Source: Promethearchaeota archaeon
GTDB taxonomy: Archaea > Asgardarchaeota > Lokiarchaeia > Sigyniarchaeales > SOKP01
Assembly (NCBI GenBank): GCA_048938445.1
Contig: JBHLME010000003.1
Coordinates: 15,824 to 79,823, forward strand
Direction of reading: 5' to 3'
DNA length: 64,000 nt
Numbering within the stretch: the stretch's first letter is position 1; each line of letters opens with the position of its first letter. A program made the position numbers and the translations under genes. Below, in pieces: positions 1 to 9,642 of the stretch. The notes under the pieces were generated by a model. That model was not told where the DNA came from. It did no database searches and saw only the letters and a list, made by a program, of their open reading frames with translations.

Positions 1-72
1 ACTATTGTTACTACATAAATGTAAGATACTAAAGATAAGATCAATGTATAAAAAAATAAAGGAATGATTATA

Positions 73-279
73 ATGCCCGTATATAAAAGTATTGAACTTG
101 TAGGAACATCTGATAAAAATTGGGCTGAAGCGGTAAAGGCTGCGTATGATGAAGCAAAAAAAACATTAAGAGGAATACGAAATATCGAAATTTTAATGTC
201 AGATGTTAAAGTCAAGGAAGATATTGATAAACTTGTTTATAGAGTTAGAGTTAGGTTAAATTTCGAATTAGAAAAATAA
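73..279 (+). CDS. Dodecin family flavin/nucleotide-binding protein
   Basis: VYKSIELVGTSDKNWAEAVKAA...AKKTLRGI...YRVRVRLNF matches the dodecin pattern; start at ATG 73 (or 64). Confidence 0.88.
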   Translation: MPVYKSIELVGTSDKNWAEAVKAAYDEAKKTLRGIRNIEILMSDVKVKEDIDKLVYRVRVRLNFELEK

Positions 280-432
280 ATATCAAATTCAAATTTTATT
301 TTTTATATCATAATTTTTTTTATTTATTTCTCATTTTAAGAGAAATAGGTGGAATTTTACAAAATTCAATATATTTATTTATGATTAGATGTATAATATG
401 AATAATCCTCTCAAAATAAACACCAAATTATC

Positions 433-549
433 ATGGATATTATTATAGACCTCATTGTAGAGAATTGGCTCTATATAGTTGGTGCAGTTGTAGTTATTAT
501 AATATTAATAGTGTGTTATTCGATACACAATAGACTTGCGAAAGCTTGA
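433..549 (+). CDS. Putative 38-aa single-pass membrane microprotein (not in the ORF track)
   Basis: ATG 433 to TGA 547-549 encodes MDIIIDLIVENWLYIVGAVVVIIILIVCYSIHNRLAKA: acidic N-terminus, one TM helix, basic tail. Confidence 0.55.
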   Translation: MDIIIDLIVENWLYIVGAVVVIIILIVCYSIHNRLAKA

Positions 550-645
550 AAGTGAGATTTTTAAAATATTTATTTCTAAAGAGAGACTATATAAATAAAT
601 CCAAATTCTAAAAAGAATTCATTAATAATAGGAAAAATTAAGTGT

Positions 646-1128
646 TTAATTTTCGTACCAGAAGAAATTAGACTTTTTTTGATTAAGTTTTAGAAGGAGA
701 CTTCTCATATTTGAGTCTTTATCAGGACATCTATAATAGAATTTATCCGTCTTTAAAGCCCTACCTACATATTTCTGTAATTCTTCAAGAATAAGATTTT
801 CTATTCCTTTTTTAAATGAGTCTTCCTTTCTTGTCATTACTTGATGAATTAGAGCATGTTTGTTTCCTAAATAATCAATAAAAACTGTAAACGTCCCAAA
901 ACCTACAAGTTTTCCATTTTCTTTAGCGGTAATCATTGAATTGCGATATTGAAGATCAAGGACTCTCAAGTTCAATTCCCTTTCAAATTGTTCTTTAGGA
1001 ACTGGAAAATACGAGATATTATTGTTAAAATCATCAAATAATTCTTTTAATGCTTCTTTATCCTCTCTTGGATCGTATCTACCAATTTCTATCATATCAT
1101 TACCTTGAATTAAAAATATATTATACAT
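646..1128 (-). CDS. GNAT-fold hypothetical protein
   Basis: MITAKENGKLVGFG...IHQVMTRKEDSFKKGIE resembles GNAT beta2-beta4 and motif A; the real start may be the second Met (MIEIGRY). Confidence 0.55.
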   Translation of the reverse strand: MYNIFLIQGNDMIEIGRYDPREDKEALKELFDDFNNNISYFPVPKEQFERELNLRVLDLQYRNSMITAKENGKLVGFGTFTVFIDYLGNKHALIHQVMTRKEDSFKKGIENLILEELQKYVGRALKTDKFYYRCPDKDSNMRSLLLKLNQKKSNFFWYEN

Positions 1129-1222
1129 TTTAATGATTCATTAATAAAAATTCTTTTTTAGTTTTTATTATAATACCATTTACCAATAATATTATGAATT
1201 ATAATCAGAAGGAAGTGATAAC

Positions 1223-1711
1223 ATGAAAATTCCATTTAAATCTTTAAGAGAAGGGGTTACTCCTTTAAAACAATCAAAACCTGGTGATGCTGGTTCAGAC
1301 GCTCGTATAATGGGTTTTAAAAAAATAATTAAAGAAAATGGGAAAAAAGAATTAGTGGAAATTAAATCAGATACCTATATTCTTAAACCCCTTGAACGCA
1401 TTGGCTGCCCTCTAGGGTTTGCAACTGCAATACCCGAAGGTTATTATTTTAAGGTAGTACCGAGAAGCGGTTTAGCATTATGGGATGGTATTTCCATAGT
1501 TAATGCTCCCGGAACTATTGATTCGGGTTATAGAAATGAATGGATGGCAATAGTAGTAAATTTATCTAACAAGGATGTTACCTTGAAAATCGGAGAACGT
1601 ATATGCCAGATCATCCTTGGGAAAATGCATGATTATGAATTCGTTGATGTAGATGAGTTATCTGAATCTGAACGTGGATTAGGTGGTTTTGGATCAACGG
1701 GAAAAAAGTAA
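1223..1711 (+). CDS. dut: dUTP diphosphatase
   Basis: All five trimeric dUTPase motifs: AGSD, PRSG, GTIDSGYR, RICQ, RGLGGFGSTG. Confidence 0.96.
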   Translation: MKIPFKSLREGVTPLKQSKPGDAGSDARIMGFKKIIKENGKKELVEIKSDTYILKPLERIGCPLGFATAIPEGYYFKVVPRSGLALWDGISIVNAPGTIDSGYRNEWMAIVVNLSNKDVTLKIGERICQIILGKMHDYEFVDVDELSESERGLGGFGSTGKK

Positions 1712-1721
1712 TAATCTCAAT

Positions 1722-2255
1722 TTAAGTAATATCAATCTCTTTATGCTTCAAAATTTCTCGAACTAATAATTCAAATGATTTATTCACATTTTCTCCAGTT
1801 TTTGATGATACTTTTAAATAATGAGGGCAATTAATCTCTTTCTGAACTTTAATTGCTTTTTCATCATTATAAGTCTGATTTTCCAATAAATCCAGCTTTC
1901 CTCCAAGTAGTATGCAAGGAAGAGTTGGATCATGTCTTCTAACTATATTAGTCCATTGTCCTAAATTAAATAATGTGTTGTCTCTTGTTAAATCAAACAT
2001 TAATAATGCGCCACTTGCACCATCTACAAATCTATCTAATAAAAATCGAAAATGATCTTGTCCACCTAGATCCCATATAATTAATTCACATTTAAGACTA
2101 TCCTCTATTTCGACGACCTTTTGATGGATTTCCACGCCAATGGACATTTTAGTATGTAAATCAAAAGTATTATCTATATATCTTTTTAATAGCGTGGTTT
2201 TTCCAACGCCGCCATCTCCAGCTACAATGACCTTGAATAAGGCTTTTCGTTTCAT
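1722..2255 (-). CDS. Rab-like small GTPase
   Basis: G1 GDGGVGKT, SIGVE, G3 WDLGGQ, G4 GKLD, G5 SSK; no C-terminal prenylation Cys. Confidence 0.93.
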   Translation of the reverse strand: MKRKALFKVIVAGDGGVGKTTLLKRYIDNTFDLHTKMSIGVEIHQKVVEIEDSLKCELIIWDLGGQDHFRFLLDRFVDGASGALLMFDLTRDNTLFNLGQWTNIVRRHDPTLPCILLGGKLDLLENQTYNDEKAIKVQKEINCPHYLKVSSKTGENVNKSFELLVREILKHKEIDIT

Positions 2256-2426
2256 TTTTGATAATCTTCTTAAACGTTATAATAATCTTTTTAATAATTA
2301 AAATAATAAAATTCAACAATTAAATATCTAACTTTTTTAGCTAATAAAATAAAGTTCAAATTTTTATCTTAATTTCTTTATTCATTATAATATAATTTGT
2401 ACTTAATTTAAATAAGGGTTACTATT

Positions 2427-3920
2427 ATTACTGATATAAATCGTGCTCATTTTTTAGATGAGATACTTAATCCAAAAAGCATATGCGTGTTTGGAGCTAA
2501 TAACAACCTCATTACTACTATGGGTTCAATGCAATTTCAGAATATCATCCAAGGTAAGTTTGAAGGAGAATTATATCCAATACATCCCAAATTAGAAAAC
2601 GTACAGGGTTATAAAGCATATAAATCTGTGTTAGATTTACCAAAAGTTCCTGATTTAGCATTTATTATATTACCTCCTAAAATTGTTCCCAAAGTCATGG
2701 AAGAATGTGGACAAAAAGGAATAAAATATTTAATCATAACATCAGGTGGATTTCGAGAAATAGGTACAGAAGGCATTGAACTTTCGACACAAATTGATGA
2801 GATTGCAAAAAAATTTGGAATGAGATTTATTGGTCCCAATTGTCTTGGTGTTTATAATGGATGGTATGGTGCTCCAAAAGAAAATACTCATTTAAATACA
2901 ATGTGGATAACAGAAACTCCTGAAAGAGGAAAAGTTTCAATAGCAAGTCAATCAGGAACAATCGCTTGTCATGCTGTTTGGCATGCTAAAAGAATAGGGT
3001 TAAAAATTGGAAAATCAATATCAAACGGAAATGAAAATAATATTGATCTTGTTGATATTTTGGAATATTATAAAGATGATCCTCAGACTGATGTAATAGG
3101 ATTGTATATTGAAGAAATAAAAAGAGGTAAGGATTTTATAAAAGTGGTAAAGCAAATTACACCAAAAAAACCAATTGTTGCGATTTATGCAGGTGGTTCT
3201 GATGCTGCAGCAAGGTCTATTAACAGTCATACAGGATCAATTGGTGGAAATCAGAAAATATTTGATGCCGTCTTTAAAGAAACGGGTATTATTTCAACAG
3301 ATTCAATAGTAGACTTTCTTTATTATCTTAGAACTTTTTCTTGGGCTCAAAAAACAGGGATATACCCAAAGGGAAATAAAGTTGGCGTTATTACCAATTC
3401 TGGAGGTGCTGGTGCGATGATGACAAAGGCATTAGAAACTTATGACCTTATAGTTCCCGAGTTTTCTAAAGAACTCCAAGATAGATTACATGAAACTCTT
3501 CCTTATACAGCCAGTGCATCTAATCCAATTGATGTTACTTTTGATACAGATTTTACAAATCTAATGATAAAATATCCTATTAAACTAGTGAAATCCAAAG
3601 AAGTTGATAGCATTTTAGTATATGCTATATTTGATTTTGGCGAGTTGATGGACTTTATTGACCAACTTGGATATTTAAAGGATGATAATTTAAAAAATAT
3701 AAATTCTACAATCGACTCATTTTTAATGAAACCCTTGACTAAACTAATTAAGAAGTTAGGTGTTCCCATTTTTTATTTAGGACCGCAACCTTATGAAAAG
3801 TTCATAAATCAAAAATTTTTATCTTACGATTTGCCTATTTTTGATTTCTGGGATGCCCCAACAAAATGCTTGAGTGTTTTAGTACAATATATTGAATTTC
3901 GGAATAGTATACCCGATTGA
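2427..3920 (+). CDS. ADP-forming acyl-CoA synthetase alpha subunit (CoA-binding protein)
   Basis: NPKSICVFGA, PDLAFI, IGPNCLG, SQSG, SHTGS phospho-His, NSGGAG, NPIDV. The conserved N-terminus lies upstream of the track's GTG at 2487, so an ATT start near 2424-2427 is inferred. Confidence 0.88.
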   Translation: MTDINRAHFLDEILNPKSICVFGANNNLITTMGSMQFQNIIQGKFEGELYPIHPKLENVQGYKAYKSVLDLPKVPDLAFIILPPKIVPKVMEECGQKGIKYLIITSGGFREIGTEGIELSTQIDEIAKKFGMRFIGPNCLGVYNGWYGAPKENTHLNTMWITETPERGKVSIASQSGTIACHAVWHAKRIGLKIGKSISNGNENNIDLVDILEYYKDDPQTDVIGLYIEEIKRGKDFIKVVKQITPKKPIVAIYAGGSDAAARSINSHTGSIGGNQKIFDAVFKETGIISTDSIVDFLYYLRTFSWAQKTGIYPKGNKVGVITNSGGAGAMMTKALETYDLIVPEFSKELQDRLHETLPYTASASNPIDVTFDTDFTNLMIKYPIKLVKSKEVDSILVYAIFDFGELMDFIDQLGYLKDDNLKNINSTIDSFLMKPLTKLIKKLGVPIFYLGPQPYEKFINQKFLSYDLPIFDFWDAPTKCLSVLVQYIEFRNSIPD

Positions 3921-4090
3921 ATTTTTTATTATTTGTGACATTTAATTATGTACTATTTTTTCTTATTACTAACACGAACTATCATTTTTTTTTTTTAATT
4001 CCGCTAATATGTCCCGAACAATTATTTTTAAAGGAACTTTAAATAATTCAGATTAACTTTTCTATAATAGAAAGAGTAAAATGTAATTTT

Positions 4091-4876
4091 TTGGAAAAAA
4101 TGATCCAACCTAAAAATAATTCAAAAAATCAAGATGAACTCAAAAAAGAATTTGAGAAGTTAAAGCGATTAGAAGAAATAAGGAAGGAATTCATTGACAT
4201 TGCTGCTCATGAATTAAAATCACCATTAACTTCTGTTCATGGCGCAGCACAATTATTGAAAAAAATATATAAGGATAAAATGAAAGATGATCCTAACTTT
4301 ATGGAACTAATCCAAATCATTAATAACGGTTGCGATCGATTACAGAATTTATCATTAAATCTACTAGATTTCTCTCGAATGGAATCTAATATAGAGAATT
4401 TAAATAAAGAAAACCAAGATCTTGTTGAACTCATCCAAAATTGCGTGAGTTCAATGAAATATTTACTAGAAAAGAAAAAACAAAGGCTTGAATTAACTCT
4501 TCCCAAAAATCTTTATATCATAATCGATAAAGTAAAGATTGAACGAGTGATTATGAATTTACTCTCAAATGCTATTAAATTTACTCCATTAGAAGGGGAA
4601 ATTTCAATTAAATTAGAAAGTAACAGGACTTATACAGAATTCTCAATAACGGATACAGGTATCGGAATAGAAATAAAAAATATAAATAAATTATTTAAAA
4701 AATTTAGTAGGATCATCTGTGAAAAGAGAATGAACATAGATCGTGAAGGGACAGGACTTGGATTATACCTTTCAAAGGGAATAATTGATTTACATGGTGG
4801 GAAGATATGGGTTCATTCTAATGGAAAAGATCAAGGGAGTACTTTTTATTTCACCCTACCATTAAATAGCAAGTAA
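4091..4876 (+). CDS. Histidine kinase core (HisKA + HATPase_c) with no sensor domain
   Basis: H-box AHELKSPL, N-box NLLSNAIKF, G1 DTGIGI, F-box LFKKF, G2 GTGLGL. Confidence 0.93.
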   Translation: MEKMIQPKNNSKNQDELKKEFEKLKRLEEIRKEFIDIAAHELKSPLTSVHGAAQLLKKIYKDKMKDDPNFMELIQIINNGCDRLQNLSLNLLDFSRMESNIENLNKENQDLVELIQNCVSSMKYLLEKKKQRLELTLPKNLYIIIDKVKIERVIMNLLSNAIKFTPLEGEISIKLESNRTYTEFSITDTGIGIEIKNINKLFKKFSRIICEKRMNIDREGTGLGLYLSKGIIDLHGGKIWVHSNGKDQGSTFYFTLPLNSK

Positions 4877-5014
4877 TTCTTAATTTTAAGTTTAATTTTA
4901 AATATTTATGCCTTTTTATTGCGTTTTCCTAATTCTCACTAACTATAAATATAGGTTTTATTGTGACATTATTGATATTGAAATAATTCTATTTTAAGTA
5001 GAAAGTGAGGATAT

Positions 5015-6013
5015 ATGCCAATTGAATTAAGAAATCCACCAGCAGCAATTCTTGCATCTGGTTCGAAAGAAGGAGTTGATTTAGGGGGACAGAAATGTTT
5101 TTTAAGCATTGATGGTAATCAAAATTTAATAAATGAAGCAAACTTCATAACTGAAATGAGTTGGGGTTCCTTTTATAATGAAGAAGGTCTAGAAGATCAA
5201 ATTGATTCTTTCACGACTGTTGAATATTATTCCTACAAGGATGATCCAGATGCATTAGCTAAGACTATTACAAATTGTTTGAACCACATAATTGAAAATC
5301 AACGATTATTTTATGGAATTGCTGATTTTGAAGTCGATGCTTTTATGAATGAAAATACTGTAATACCAGGATTAAAATTGGATTATAAAATAATCAATGA
5401 ATTACTTATAGCTCATAGAAAAATTAGGGAAGAAAATCTTTTTCCTCAAATAATCTCTGATGCAAAAGGAAAAAATGCTATAAGAATTGAATTCCAAGGA
5501 GCGCACCAAAATAAGGTTCATTTAATTGCGTCAAAATTGGAAAATTTAGCGGACATGTTAAGAACGATGAAAGGATTTGTAACAGGTATCGTGTGTACAT
5601 CAAAAGGGGCCGCTAATCTTTATATCATGACAGATAATATTGTTTTTAAAGATAATGAATTTCCAGAAATGTATATAGACCAAGAAAATATCGATATTAT
5701 AATGCTTGCAATACAAAGAGAGATTTTGTTTCCTATAAGCTGGTTTAGAATTGATGTTGGTTTAAAATCTTTAGAAACTCTGGAATTATGGAATCAAATA
5801 AAAAATAATCCCCTATTAAAGAATGCTTTAGAAAATTATGAACGATATATTACAGCTCTTATTTATAAAAAGTTTAAAAATATTGCATCTACTGAACATA
5901 TTGGTATAGATTTACAAGATGATTTCGAGAATTTGACTATTGAAGAGAGAAATAAAGCTCTTAGAGATATGGCTGATGCGATTAGAAAATTAACGGAGTT
6001 GTATAAGGAATAG
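5015..6013 (+). CDS. Conserved hypothetical protein, paralog of 7606..8490
   Basis: Shares long blocks with 7606..8490: GSKEGVDLGG, TEMSWGSFY, EVDAFMN.NTVIPGLKLD, LFPISWFRID. Confidence 0.8.
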   Translation: MPIELRNPPAAILASGSKEGVDLGGQKCFLSIDGNQNLINEANFITEMSWGSFYNEEGLEDQIDSFTTVEYYSYKDDPDALAKTITNCLNHIIENQRLFYGIADFEVDAFMNENTVIPGLKLDYKIINELLIAHRKIREENLFPQIISDAKGKNAIRIEFQGAHQNKVHLIASKLENLADMLRTMKGFVTGIVCTSKGAANLYIMTDNIVFKDNEFPEMYIDQENIDIIMLAIQREILFPISWFRIDVGLKSLETLELWNQIKNNPLLKNALENYERYITALIYKKFKNIASTEHIGIDLQDDFENLTIEERNKALRDMADAIRKLTELYKE

Positions 6014-6178
6014 AATTATCTTTTATTTTTTACCCGTAAAAAAGCTCCTGATATTGAGGATTTCTACTCTTTTTCTAAACTTTTAAATATAATCTTAATA
6101 AAGAAAATAATATTGATTAAAAAACTAGATAATCAATCATCGAATTATACGTATAAAAAAAAAAAGGAATCCAATATT

Positions 6179-7387
6179 ATGAAGATAGATGAATCAATGA
6201 TACACGGGTCTGTGGAACCCGGGTTTGAAAAGGTTAAAGAAGCTTTCATTGAAAATTTTAAAAAGGGAGAAGAAGTAGGTGCTGCGTGTGCTATTTATCA
6301 TGAAGGCAAAAAAGTCGTAGATCTTTGGGGAGGTTATAGAGATAAAAAATCAAAAGATCCATGGAAAGAAGATACTTTAATACTTGTTTTTTCTACAACT
6401 AAGGGAGTATCTGCAATGGCAATGGCCTTAGCACATTCTAAAGGATATTTCAATTATGATGAGAAAGTATCGAAATATTGGCCAGAATTTGCACAAAATG
6501 GAAAAGAAAATGTCACAATTCGGCAATTACTTTCACATCAAGCGGGTTTATGCGCTATAGATGAACCAATGGATTTAGAAACATTAGGAAATACTGAAAA
6601 ATTATCAAAAATACTAGCAGCTCAAGCGCCATTATGGGAACCTGGAAAAAAGCATGGTTATCATGCATTAACTCTTGGATGGTATGAAAGTGAATTAATT
6701 CGACATATTGATCCTCAAAAAAGAACTATCGGTCAGTTTTTCAGTGATGAAATTGCTAAACCTTTAGGTATAGAGTTTTACATAGGTCTACCAGATGATG
6801 TACCAGATTCTAGGATTGCTAATATGTATGCTCCAATGTATAAACTTAGAATGATTTTTAATACTGATAAAATGCCAAAGACATTTACTAAAGCATATAT
6901 GAAAAAAGGCACAGCGACTAAAAGGGCATTCTCTAATCCTAAAGTTCTTGGTATAATCAATATGTATAACACGCGTGAAATGAGAAGAATTGAATTACCT
7001 GCGGCAAATGGAATCGGACAAGTTAGAGATATAGCTAAACTTTATGGAATATTTGCAACTGGTGGTAAAGAATTAGGAATTAAGCCTGAAACTTTAGAAG
7101 CATTAATGAATCCTGCAAAAGCTCCAGAATTAGGTACCATTGATGAAGTATTACAAGTTGAATCACAATTTTCACTGGGATTTTTAAAACCTTTTCCTGA
7201 AAATGAATTTGGAACGAGCATAAAAGCATTTGGTACACCAGGTGCAGGTGGATCTTTTGGTTTTGCAGATCCAGATACTCAAACAGGATTTGCTTATGCA
7301 ATGAACAAGTCTGGCTTCTATTTGCTAATAGATGCTCGTCAAAAAGCCCTAGCTGATGCATATTATGATTGTTTGAATAATCTATAA
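6179..7387 (+). CDS. Serine hydrolase, beta-lactamase class C / esterase family VIII
   Basis: SxxK (FSTTKG), LLSHQAGL, HGYH, FGTPGAGGS; start at ATG 6179 rather than TTG 6113. Confidence 0.92.
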   Translation: MKIDESMIHGSVEPGFEKVKEAFIENFKKGEEVGAACAIYHEGKKVVDLWGGYRDKKSKDPWKEDTLILVFSTTKGVSAMAMALAHSKGYFNYDEKVSKYWPEFAQNGKENVTIRQLLSHQAGLCAIDEPMDLETLGNTEKLSKILAAQAPLWEPGKKHGYHALTLGWYESELIRHIDPQKRTIGQFFSDEIAKPLGIEFYIGLPDDVPDSRIANMYAPMYKLRMIFNTDKMPKTFTKAYMKKGTATKRAFSNPKVLGIINMYNTREMRRIELPAANGIGQVRDIAKLYGIFATGGKELGIKPETLEALMNPAKAPELGTIDEVLQVESQFSLGFLKPFPENEFGTSIKAFGTPGAGGSFGFADPDTQTGFAYAMNKSGFYLLIDARQKALADAYYDCLNNL

Positions 7388-7605
7388 GGATTAAATCAAT
7401 TTAACATAAAAATTCTATTATTCTTATTTTATTTTAACAAATTCTAATACAAAAGTATCTGAAAGATGTGTAGTAAAAGACAAATTCTTTTTTATTAATT
7501 TTATATTGGTTGTTCTATTAAATTTAAATGATTATCACTAATTTTTTATATAGTATTAAATTTGTTTTCATTGGATTGTCAAAATTAAAATTTACATAAC
7601 ATATT

Positions 7606-8490
7606 ATGGGATCTTTTCTATATTCGGAGTTATTTAACCCTCCAGTCGCAATACTTGCCACGGGATCAAAAGAAGGTGTGGATTTAGGAGGTAGTAAGTG
7701 CCTTCTTTCAATAAATAAAAATCATGATCTATTCAATGAAGGGAATATTGTTACCGAGATGAGCTGGGGATCATTTTATGATATTGAGGGTTTAGAAGAT
7801 CAAATTGATACGTTTACAACCAAAGAATTTAATTCATTAAGGGATGATCCAAAAGCATTAGTAAAAACCATTATAGAATGCTTAGAAAAAATAATGAGTG
7901 AGAAAAAGATCTTTTATGGAATTGCTGACCTCGAGGTTGATGCATTCATGAATCAAAATACTGTCATCCCGGGACTCAAATTAGATCCCGAGCTCATTAA
8001 CAAGTTAATGGATACTCATAAAAAACAAAGGGATGAGAATCTATTTCCTACTCTTATAAAAGGAAAAGAAGGTCAAACCAGCATAAAGATTACTTTTCAA
8101 GGAGAAAATAAGAAAAATTTACATTATTATGGTCTCGAATTCAATGAACTTGCTAAAAAATTATTAGTTGGTAAAGGATTTGCCACAGGAATTGTTGCAA
8201 CGTCAGATAAGGCTGCCAATTTCTTTATGATGAATGATAGCATTACTTTCGATCAGAGAGAACCTCGGGAGTTTTATATTGATCAAGATTGTATAACTGT
8301 AATTGAAGCAGGCATTCAAAGAAAGGTGTTATTTCCTATTAGTTGGTTCAGAATTGATATAGGAATCCTATCTTTAAGAACTTTGGAATTATGGGATGAA
8401 ATCCAGAAAAAAAAAGCGCTTCAAAAAATATTAAATAAGTATACTAAATATTCTTTAAGTATTATCAAAGAAAATCAGAAGAAAAAATAA
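7606..8490 (+). CDS. Conserved hypothetical protein, paralog of 5015..6013
   Basis: Same conserved blocks as 5015..6013; lacks the C-terminal ~40 aa. Confidence 0.8.
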   Translation: MGSFLYSELFNPPVAILATGSKEGVDLGGSKCLLSINKNHDLFNEGNIVTEMSWGSFYDIEGLEDQIDTFTTKEFNSLRDDPKALVKTIIECLEKIMSEKKIFYGIADLEVDAFMNQNTVIPGLKLDPELINKLMDTHKKQRDENLFPTLIKGKEGQTSIKITFQGENKKNLHYYGLEFNELAKKLLVGKGFATGIVATSDKAANFFMMNDSITFDQREPREFYIDQDCITVIEAGIQRKVLFPISWFRIDIGILSLRTLELWDEIQKKKALQKILNKYTKYSLSIIKENQKKK

Positions 8491-8508
8491 TTTTTTGAGG
8501 AAATAGCA

Positions 8509-8811
8509 TTATTCTTTAAGTATTTTAGGTGCTTTAAAATACCCGTCCTTTTTATAACTACTATTTTTCAACGCATCATTGTTTGAAAGGGATTCCCAAG
8601 GAATATCTTTTCTAACTACATTTTTTATTTCTAAAGCGTGAGTAGTAGGCTCAACTTCAGAAGTATCTAAATCATCTAATTTTTTAAAATATTTTAAAAT
8701 ATCACTTAATTGAGTTGTTAGTTTTTCTTTTTCATCCTCGGACAGGTCTAATAATGCTAATTTCAAGACATTATCTATAGTTTCCTCAGAAAATTCCTTA
8801 TCATTACTCAT
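8509..8811 (-). CDS. gatC: Asp/Glu-tRNA amidotransferase subunit C
   Basis: KLALLDLSEDE...LSDILKYFKKLDDLDTSEVEPT...NVVRKD...DGYFKAPKI. Confidence 0.93.
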   Translation of the reverse strand: MSNDKEFSEETIDNVLKLALLDLSEDEKEKLTTQLSDILKYFKKLDDLDTSEVEPTTHALEIKNVVRKDIPWESLSNNDALKNSSYKKDGYFKAPKILKE

Positions 8812-8951
8812 TCTTAATCAGGATTATAAAATATATTTCTCAAATTAATATTTTCTATAAATTATAATGCGATTAAATAATTATTTATTTGTATATAGAT
8901 CTCATGATAATTCTATAAAAAAATTACATTAACGTAAAGTGAGTAGAAAAA

Positions 8952-9320
8952 ATGACTGATGATGAAGATTTATGGCTAGAAATACCCAGTTTTGCAATGA
9001 TTTCCTTAGCAAGACGAGGTCAAGAAAAGATTTCCCTTGATCAATGTTTTCTTCCGGGATGTGATAATGAAGATCAAAAGCTTTTAGAACCTATCAAAAA
9101 AGAAGAATTTGAAGATGAAAAGAAACACGTGAAAAATATTTATGTTAAATGTAAGAAATGTGGTGGAACTTTTCAATTCAAGTTTGAAACAATTAAGTAT
9201 GTCGCAAAACCTAAAAACAAGAACTCAGAGAAATTAGATGATGAAGAAATTCTCTCGATGGGCATTGTTTATGCTTTAGATGAAAATGGAAAAAATCTTG
9301 GACATATTGGTTATTTTTAA
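8952..9320 (+). CDS. Hypothetical protein with a probable Zn site
   Basis: CFLPGC and CKKC cysteine pairs; complete ORF. Confidence 0.65.
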   Translation: MTDDEDLWLEIPSFAMISLARRGQEKISLDQCFLPGCDNEDQKLLEPIKKEEFEDEKKHVKNIYVKCKKCGGTFQFKFETIKYVAKPKNKNSEKLDDEEILSMGIVYALDENGKNLGHIGYF

Positions 9321-9381
9321 TAATAAATTATAATTTTTTCTTGGTTCAAAAAGGATGAATTCTATAAACAAATAGAATATT

Positions 9382-9633
9382 CTATAATACCTTGATATCA
9401 CCTGATTGAACAATGTCTGTCTTAATCCCTTCAATTAATTTAGGAATAATATCTTTCTTATTCAATCGCTCTTCTGTTTTTTTTTCCTTTACATAACATA
9501 CAATACATAATTCTTCAGTTTTTTTTCCATCGATATACTTATAACCTACACTAACACCCATTACACCAGATTTCTTTAAAAGCTCTTTCTCATGTTTTTT
9601 TTTAATTTTAGTGATTTTTTCTATTGGAATCAT
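9382..9633 (-). CDS. Stand-alone copy of the N-terminal (pro)domain of the adjacent protease
   Basis: Gapless alignment to residues 6-79 of 9643..10653, 40/74 identities counted by hand; starts 9 nt after that gene's stop. Confidence 0.85.
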   Translation of the reverse strand: MIPIEKITKIKKKHEKELLKKSGVMGVSVGYKYIDGKKTEELCIVCYVKEKKTEERLNKKDIIPKLIEGIKTDIVQSGDIKVL

Positions 9634-9642
9634 TAAATTGCC

